Assembly: GCA_045106895.1 (NCBI GenBank)
Contig: JBGCFM010000253.1
Span: forward strand, 1-17,282
Direction of reading: 5' to 3'
Origin: Polyangiales bacterium
GTDB taxonomy: Bacteria; Myxococcota_A; Polyangia; Polyangiales; Houyiibacteriaceae
DNA length: 17,282 nucleotides
Below the pieces are notes generated by a model. That model worked only from the letters and a program-made list of their open reading frames with translations, searched no databases and was not told the origin of the DNA. Below are positions 1 to 6,075 of the stretch, piece by piece. The position numbers and the translations under genes were made by a program. Each line of letters begins with the position of its first letter. Positions within the stretch are counted from its first letter, which is position 1.

Positions 1-1002
1 TCGAAGAACCTGCGGCTTCGATTCGCGAACGATGGAGACGTGGACGCAATCCATGCGGGGACGTGGAACAAGGAAAACCCCAACCCCAATCCGGCGGAGG
101 CCGTTCCCGCGTCACCGAAGAGCGCTGGGCCGGTGCCCTCGCTCACGCACATGAAGGGCCCCGGGAGCACCGACGATCATCTGACGCCTTACGCCGCCGG
201 TGTGTTCGCAGGTGAAGTGATCTTTTTGACGGGGATGCGTATCTTCGCATCCACCGACGCCAAAGAGTTCTCATTGCGCCAGGAGGAACTCGTTGGCCTC
301 AAGGGGTTCTTCGCCGGCGAAGAGCGCGCATGGGGGTGCGGCTACGGCATTGTCGTCTCGTCGGCGGACGGGTTCGTCACCCTCGAGAAGATCGACGGCT
401 TCGCCCAAGAGGATCGCCAGCTTGATCGTGACCGTATTCAGCTCAACGCCATCGCCGAGGACAAGGAGGGCGTGTGGACCGGGGGCTTCGAGGGCGAGAT
501 GTTCTTCGCCAAGGGCGGCACGGACTTTCAGCCCGTCGCGAAGAAGGGCAAGGCGCAGATCAACGCGATCGTTCCTACTTCCCTCGGGACCGTCGTATGT
601 CGCCACAACGGGGAGGTGAACATCGCGGCGAAGGGCAAGCTCAAGAAGACCCCGCTGCGCGCGCGTGCTCCTCTTTACGACGCCTGCGAAACCTTGGGAG
701 GCGCGGTTCTCCTTGGTGGCTGCAACAAAGAAGGCGGCGCTGTGTACAGGACCACGGACTTTAAGGAGTTCGAGTTGGTGTCCATGCCCATGAATGTCTG
801 GGCCCTCGGTGTTCTACCCGACGGCCGGATTCTCGCCGGCGGCGATGACGACACGTTGGCGGTCTCCTACGACGACGGCCGTAGCTTCGAGGTTCTCGCC
901 CATGAGTTCACGGACAAGGGGCGGGGCTTTGCGATCATGTTTCAACGCGATGAGCACATCTACGCCACGCAGATGTTTCAGCACCTCATCCGCATCGAGT
1001 AA
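1..1002 (+). CDS. Beta-propeller protein with BNR/Asp-box-like repeats, 5'-truncated by the window edge
   Basis: The frame is open from base 1 (SKNLRLRFANDGD precedes the GTG at 40) to TAA at 1000-1002. A Pro-rich linker (NPNPNPAEAVPASP) is followed by repeated blade-like units of about 40 aa (QLNAIAEDKEGVWTGG, QINAIVPTSLGTVVC, PLYDACETLGGAVLLGG, NVWALGVLPDGRILAGG) and an Asp-box S-x-D-x-G-x-S-F (VSYDDGRSF). Confidence 0.65.
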   Translation, partial: SKNLRLRFANDGDVDAIHAGTWNKENPNPNPAEAVPASPKSAGPVPSLTHMKGPGSTDDHLTPYAAGVFAGEVIFLTGMRIFASTDAKEFSLRQEELVGLKGFFAGEERAWGCGYGIVVSSADGFVTLEKIDGFAQEDRQLDRDRIQLNAIAEDKEGVWTGGFEGEMFFAKGGTDFQPVAKKGKAQINAIVPTSLGTVVCRHNGEVNIAAKGKLKKTPLRARAPLYDACETLGGAVLLGGCNKEGGAVYRTTDFKEFELVSMPMNVWALGVLPDGRILAGGDDDTLAVSYDDGRSFEVLAHEFTDKGRGFAIMFQRDEHIYATQMFQHLIRIE

Positions 1003-1013
1003 TCGGCTGGCGC

Positions 1014-1883
1014 CTAGGGCCAGGGGCCTGCTTCCGGCGCGAAGATGTGAAGCTTTGTTGGGTGATCCGAGGGCCATCGCTCACGCAAGATTCGGTGTAC
1101 TTCGCGGGGCATGTAGAGCTGGCTGAAGTGCATCAACACCAAGTGTTCGTTCTCAAAATCATCGACGCGTGCGAGGAGCTCGTCGAGATGAATATGGCAG
1201 CCGGCGCGTGACGCCTCGAGGGTCTTCTTCTCGTCGAGGAACGTGCACTCGAGGATGAGAACGCGTGTCTTGAGAATCTCCGGACAGGTGTCGATGACAC
1301 GTAGGAGGGTGTCCGTCGCGTAGGCGAGCTCGGAGCGCTCTTCTTGGGTGAAGAGGTCCTCTCCTGCTTTCTTTCGCTCCGCGATTTCACGTCCCGGCAG
1401 CTCCTTGAATTCGGGGCGCAGCTTCTTGACGCGATCGAAGAAGCGATAGCCGAGGGACGGAACGGGGTGATGTGTCTTAAACGCCGTCGCGTGTAGGTCC
1501 CTGCGAAGCTGGACTTCGTCGCCCGCCGCCATGGGGTGCGGCGTAAAGGTCAGCTCGTGGCGCTGAAGCCGCGACATCGCGTCGATGGAGGTACGCACAT
1601 CCGCCGCGATGGGCGCCGGCATGTACACGTTCGGTGGCTGCTTCGTGTGAAGTAAGCCGCGGATGCCGAGCATCGCAGCGAGGGCGCCGACATGGTCGCC
1701 GTGCCCATGGCTGAGGAAGAGGTGGTCTGTGGACGCGAAGCTGCGAATCGGCATGCCTACGTCGAAAACGACCCCGAGCTCGGGCACCTGGAGCGATGTA
1801 TAGATCCCTCCCAAGGACACCCCACGGATGGTGTAGGGGCCCGCGCGGAGGGTATGGAGTAGGGGGAGGGGGCGTTTGCTCAC
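1014..1883 (-). CDS. Short-form ribonuclease Z (tRNase Z), TM-type/plant TRZ1-like; MBL-fold metallohydrolase
   Basis: HxHxDH motif (LSHGHGDH), VFDVG motif I, KTHHPVPSLGY, TM-type flexible arm KLRPEFKELPGREI, YATDT, LECTF, GCHIH, and LMHFSQLY. GTG start at 1883. Confidence 0.85.
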   Translation of the reverse strand: MSKRPLPLLHTLRAGPYTIRGVSLGGIYTSLQVPELGVVFDVGMPIRSFASTDHLFLSHGHGDHVGALAAMLGIRGLLHTKQPPNVYMPAPIAADVRTSIDAMSRLQRHELTFTPHPMAAGDEVQLRRDLHATAFKTHHPVPSLGYRFFDRVKKLRPEFKELPGREIAERKKAGEDLFTQEERSELAYATDTLLRVIDTCPEILKTRVLILECTFLDEKKTLEASRAGCHIHLDELLARVDDFENEHLVLMHFSQLYMPREVHRILRERWPSDHPTKLHIFAPEAGPWP

Positions 1884-1902
1884 GAAAAAAACCGTACCCC
1901 CC

Positions 1903-1931
1903 TATTGCAGTTCAGATTTGCCCGTGCAATA
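1903..1931. promoter_or_regulatory. Perfect 7-bp inverted repeat TATTGCA-N15-TGCAATA in the divergent promoter region; candidate operator or bidirectional promoter
   Basis: TATTGCA at 1903-1909 and TGCAATA at 1925-1931, within a locally AT-rich patch between the divergent tRNase Z and SNF2 genes. Confidence 0.4.
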
Positions 1932-2112
1932 TCAGCGTTGTGAGGCCGTCAGGGCTCACGCGTCCCGCGCTCCCGGTGCCCCGGTTGACCGCAGACGAGA
2001 GACTCTCGAGGAAGAGTCGAATTCGACGAAGAGCGCGTTTGCGCAGAAACAGAAAAGGCCGGGGCCCAGGGTTTTGTCGCGTTTCGCCGACTTTATGCCG
2101 AGGTTCCACTCG

Positions 2113-5100
2113 ATGAGCGATACCCAGACCCCGTCCACGGACGCACCGGCGCCAGACGCCACTCCCCAGCCCACCTCCACGAAACCCAAAGAGGCGATCG
2201 TCGATCGTGTCATCGCCATGAGCGATCGCGCGATTCAACGCGTGACGGGGGGCAACGCGTTTCTCCGGGGTCGACTCTACGCGCGGCGCAAGTCCGTCGA
2301 CAACCTCAAGGCCAAAGGGAAGAAGGTCTCCGGCTCCATCCAGGTTCGCTCCCAAGACGAGCCCTACGAGACCGTCGCTCGCATCGATGATGAGGGGAAC
2401 TTCCTGAGCGAGTGCACCTGCCCCGGGCACCGCGGCGAGACCGGTCACTGCAAGCATGTGGCTGCGCTCATCGTGGCGCTTCGAGACCGTGAACGCCCAC
2501 CCAAGCCAAAGCGCGAAGAGGGCTCTTCGGACAACGCCGGCAACGCCGAGGGCGAGGGCGGCGGAGGCGGAAAACGAAAACGCCGACGCAAGAAGAAGAA
2601 GTCCGCGGAAGCGGAAGCAGACGCGGGGCCCGCGGTTCCTCAGACCGTGTCCGTTGGCGGAAAGCGACGTCGTTCGCGACGCCGCCGACGTGGAGGCTCC
2701 GGGTCCGAGAAGCTCGAACTTCTCTCGGGCCGTGAACTCGGTGGCGCCATCGGCGAGTCGCGCGGAGCCGTCGACGCGTGGTTGCCGCCGGACGCGCTGC
2801 CGCGTCCACATGAGGTGGAATACCGCGTCACCGTGCGGCCGAGTTCGCTCTCCGTGACGCCGGTGATCTCGGGAACGAAGAACGCCGTGCCGATCCTCGA
2901 TGCCCTCAACGGTTTCAATACGATCCCCGTGGATGAGCGCCGAATCCTTCGTGCGCTTTCGCGTCATGTGTTGCGCGGCCAGCCCGCCACGGCGGAGCTT
3001 CGCGGAGAGGACGCCTCGGAGGTGCTCTCGATGTTGGAGAGCGCCGGCCGCGTTCTCCTCGAGCCTGCTTCCATGGAGCTGCGCTTCAGCGATGAGGCGC
3101 TTCGTCCAACCATCGAGCTCGACACCGTCGGCGATGACACCTTGCGCACCAAGGTGAATTTCTGTCTCGAAGGAAGCGGGCGACGCTTTCAGCTTTCCGC
3201 CGGTGCCTGGTTTGAAGGCACACCTGGCTGGCACATCGACGCTTCCGACGGCGTGGCGCGGCCCCTCGTCGAGCAGGTCACGCCGGCCTGGCTCACGCGA
3301 CTTCGTTCCTCCCCAGCGCTCGTTCACCCGCTGGCGTCCATGGAGCGACTTCTCGGCGACCACATTCCGCGGGTCGCCGCCGCCCTCAACGCGGACCTGC
3401 CCGCCCTCGAGTCCATTGCGGATCTCGTGGACGCGCAGCCCGTTCTGCAGATCTGGGCGAACGGCGACATCGCGGATGCCGTGGCCGTCGTCAAAGTCGT
3501 CTACGAGGAACAAACCCTCGAGGTCCCGGTTTTGGGTTTCCCGTCGCCGCTGCACATCGAGCCGCCGGCGGAAGAAGGTGGACGGCCACGCGTCATCCGT
3601 CGTGACGTGGGCGCCGAGCTCAACGTTGTTCAGACCTTGATGAATCACGGCTTCGAAGCCGACGAAGACCGCCTGGTGATCCGCGGCGCGAAGGCCGTCG
3701 ACTTTTGGAGCGCCGGTATCACAGAGCTTCCCGAAGAGTGGGAACGCTACATCCCCGATGACCTCGCCGAGGTGAAGGTTCGGACGGAGAGCGTGTCAGC
3801 GCAGATGCGTGTCTCCAGCGGCGTGGACTGGCTCAGCCTTGACATGCAGTTCACGGCGGGCGGCTCGTCCGTGAGCACCGAAGAGCTTCGGGCGTGTCTC
3901 GAAAGCGGACGTCACATCGTGAAGCTTGAGGACGGCTCCTACGCTCCCGTCGACCCAAGTCAGGTCGGCGAACTCCTCGCGGCGATGGCCGAGATCTACG
4001 CCGGTCAAGACGGCAAGCGTGTCCCGCTCTCGCAGGCAGGCCGGATTCAGTCGCTCATCGGTATGATTCCAGACGCCAAGGTGACGCCGAAGGCGAAGGG
4101 TCTCTTCAAGAAGCTCGAGAACATCGACGAGGTGCCGAAAGTGGCGAAGCCGCGCAGCATCAAAGCGACGCTGCGTCCCTACCAGAAGGTTGGCTTCAAC
4201 TGGCTCGCCTTCGTCCACGACCTCGCGAGCGGCGGCATCCTCGCCGACGATATGGGTCTCGGTAAGACGCTTCAGACCATCTGCTTGTTGGTCTGGGCGA
4301 AGAGCCAGGACAAGAAGAAGAAGCTCAGCATCGTCGTGGCTCCGACGTCGGTTGTTCCCAACTGGCAGCGCGAGTTCGCGAAGTTTGCGCCGACGATGAA
4401 GACCATCGTCTGGCAAGGTGCCAAGCGTCACGACAAAGCGGACGAGGTCGCCAAGGCGGACGTCATGTTCACCTCGTACGCGCTCCTCCGGCGTGACGAG
4501 GAGTTCTTGAACTCGCTGAACCTTCGCTACGTCATCCTCGACGAAGCGCAGCACATCAAAAACCCTGGGAGCCACACGGCGAAGGCCGCAAAACAGCTCA
4601 AGTCCGAGCGCCGCCTGGCTCTGACGGGTACGCCCATCGAGAATCGCCTCAGCGAGCTTTGGAGCATCTTCGACTTCGCTTCGCCAGGGCTCCTTGGTGA
4701 TCTGAAGTCCTTCGAAGAGAAGGTCGCGCGCCCCATCGACCGCGGCGACATGGAAACCGCTCGCCGCCTACGCAGCACCATTCAACCCTTCGTCCTCCGT
4801 CGTCTCAAGCTCGACGTCGCCGCGGACCTGCCGCCAAAGATCGAGCAGGAGCGCATCGTCCCAATGAGCGACGCGCAGTCCTCGCTTTACAAGGCGACGC
4901 TCCAGGAGGTGCGCAAGAGCCTCATGAGCGAAGTGGAAAAGAAGGGCGTCAGCAAGGTTCAGATTCAGATCCTCGCGGCCCTCACGCGCCTACGCCAGGT
5001 CGCCTGCGACCCACGTCTGATGAAGCTGAGCAACCAAGAGTTCACGAACGCCGACAGCGCAAAGCTCGAAGCACTTCGAGAGCTCGTCGCGAACGCCGTC

Positions 5101-5565
5101 GAAGGCGGTCACCGCGTCTTGGTTTTCTCCCAGTTCGTCACGATGCTCGGCCACATTCGCGAAGCCCTCGAAGAGGACGGCGTGAAGTACGAGTACCTCG
5201 ACGGTTCGACAAAGGACCGCATCGAGCGCGTCGACCGTTTCAACGCCGACGAGTCTCTCAAGGTCTTCTTGATCTCCCTGAAAGCCGGCGGCACCGGACT
5301 CAACCTCACCGGCGCGGACACCGTCGTTCACTTCGACCCTTGGTGGAACCCCGCCGTCGAGGACCAGGCGACGGACCGCGCTCATCGCATCGGTCAGACC
5401 AAGAACGTCAACGTCTACCGTCTCATCGCGCAGGGTTCCGTGGAAGAGAAGATCCTCGAGCTCAGCGCCAAGAAGCGAACGCTCATGGAGAACGTGCTCT
5501 CCACGGAAGGCAGCCCACTCAAGGGCCTCACGAAGAAGGACGTCGATTCCCTCTTCTCCGACTGA
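2113..5565 (+). CDS. SWIM zinc-finger / SNF2-family helicase-like ATPase (about 1150 aa)
   Basis: SWIM CTCPGHRGETGHCKH; LRPYQ; Walker A GGILADDMGLGKT; VILDEAQHIKN; LTGTPIENRLSELWS; VLVFSQF; LISLKAGGTGLNLTGAD; WWNPAVEDQATDRAHRIGQ. The ORF track starts at 1876, overlapping the divergent gene. ATG 2113, with GAGG at 2100-2103, is the more plausible start; ATG 2095 is an alternative. Confidence 0.95.
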   Translation: MSDTQTPSTDAPAPDATPQPTSTKPKEAIVDRVIAMSDRAIQRVTGGNAFLRGRLYARRKSVDNLKAKGKKVSGSIQVRSQDEPYETVARIDDEGNFLSECTCPGHRGETGHCKHVAALIVALRDRERPPKPKREEGSSDNAGNAEGEGGGGGKRKRRRKKKKSAEAEADAGPAVPQTVSVGGKRRRSRRRRRGGSGSEKLELLSGRELGGAIGESRGAVDAWLPPDALPRPHEVEYRVTVRPSSLSVTPVISGTKNAVPILDALNGFNTIPVDERRILRALSRHVLRGQPATAELRGEDASEVLSMLESAGRVLLEPASMELRFSDEALRPTIELDTVGDDTLRTKVNFCLEGSGRRFQLSAGAWFEGTPGWHIDASDGVARPLVEQVTPAWLTRLRSSPALVHPLASMERLLGDHIPRVAAALNADLPALESIADLVDAQPVLQIWANGDIADAVAVVKVVYEEQTLEVPVLGFPSPLHIEPPAEEGGRPRVIRRDVGAELNVVQTLMNHGFEADEDRLVIRGAKAVDFWSAGITELPEEWERYIPDDLAEVKVRTESVSAQMRVSSGVDWLSLDMQFTAGGSSVSTEELRACLESGRHIVKLEDGSYAPVDPSQVGELLAAMAEIYAGQDGKRVPLSQAGRIQSLIGMIPDAKVTPKAKGLFKKLENIDEVPKVAKPRSIKATLRPYQKVGFNWLAFVHDLASGGILADDMGLGKTLQTICLLVWAKSQDKKKKLSIVVAPTSVVPNWQREFAKFAPTMKTIVWQGAKRHDKADEVAKADVMFTSYALLRRDEEFLNSLNLRYVILDEAQHIKNPGSHTAKAAKQLKSERRLALTGTPIENRLSELWSIFDFASPGLLGDLKSFEEKVARPIDRGDMETARRLRSTIQPFVLRRLKLDVAADLPPKIEQERIVPMSDAQSSLYKATLQEVRKSLMSEVEKKGVSKVQIQILAALTRLRQVACDPRLMKLSNQEFTNADSAKLEALRELVANAVEGGHRVLVFSQFVTMLGHIREALEEDGVKYEYLDGSTKDRIERVDRFNADESLKVFLISLKAGGTGLNLTGADTVVHFDPWWNPAVEDQATDRAHRIGQTKNVNVYRLIAQGSVEEKILELSAKKRTLMENVLSTEGSPLKGLTKKDVDSLFSD

Positions 5566-5568
5566 GCG

Positions 5569-6072
5569 ATGCGCTTCGTCGCACTCAGCGTCGTGCTCCT
5601 TGCCTGCCATTCGTCCATGACGCTGGACGATATAGGGAGCGACGCTGCGTTTGATGTCGGAACCGATGGCGGAACTCAGCCCGACACGGCGTGCGTCCCT
5701 CAGTCCCTCGGCATCGACACACTCCAGGGCCATTTCTCGGCGAGGTTTTGCAGCAACAATGGGCGCCACGTGGAGAGCGAGTATTTCGATGTCGCCATCT
5801 ATCTGTGTGAAGAGTCCAACGTTTGCTGCGCCACACGCGACGGGTTGGGCCTACTCTACGGGCACTATTCGGATTGGAGCGGAACCGAGCTGAGGTTTCA
5901 GAGCCGAGCGCTGTGCGGAGAACGGCTCGTCCTCCAGGACGTCTCCTTTGTCCGCGCCGACGCTGCTACGCCATCACGAATTGTGTGGCGTTTGACGCCA
6001 GAATTGCCCCTCGCGTTTCGGGCTGGCGAACTCATCCTCGACGAGTGTGTCGTGGATAGTCTTTGTGAGTGA
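5569..6072 (+). CDS. Hypothetical Cys-rich lipoprotein (167 aa)
   Basis: Starts 3 nt after the SNF2 stop. Signal peptide with lipobox MRFVALSVVLLA-C13, then a D/G/T-rich linker (DAAFDVGTDGGTQPD) and 8 further cysteines. Confidence 0.7.
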   Translation: MRFVALSVVLLACHSSMTLDDIGSDAAFDVGTDGGTQPDTACVPQSLGIDTLQGHFSARFCSNNGRHVESEYFDVAIYLCEESNVCCATRDGLGLLYGHYSDWSGTELRFQSRALCGERLVLQDVSFVRADAATPSRIVWRLTPELPLAFRAGELILDECVVDSLCE

Positions 6073-6075
6073 GGT

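Noticed and set aside
1900..1915. Second LexA box upstream of SNF2 (GTTCAG half-site)
   Set aside because: The CTA lies 5 nt rather than 7 nt from GTTCAG, so only a half-site is supported. Not called as a feature.
1876..2112. 79-codon N-terminal extension of the SNF2 ORF in the ORF track
   Set aside because: The TTG start overlaps the divergent gene's start and spans the AT-rich promoter region. ATG 2113 has an SD-like GAGG and begins a plausible N-terminus.
1912..3648. 578-aa antisense ORF, plus 3796-4575 and 4990-5769
   Set aside because: Shadow ORFs opposite the SNF2 gene, expected from high GC3 codon bias. They have no recognisable motifs.
1014..5565. MBL nuclease + SNF2 as an anti-phage defence system
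   Set aside because: The genes are divergent, not operonic. The SNF2 is the widespread SWIM-SNF2 type, and there are no methylase, DISARM/BREX/Zorya partners or mobility genes in the window.
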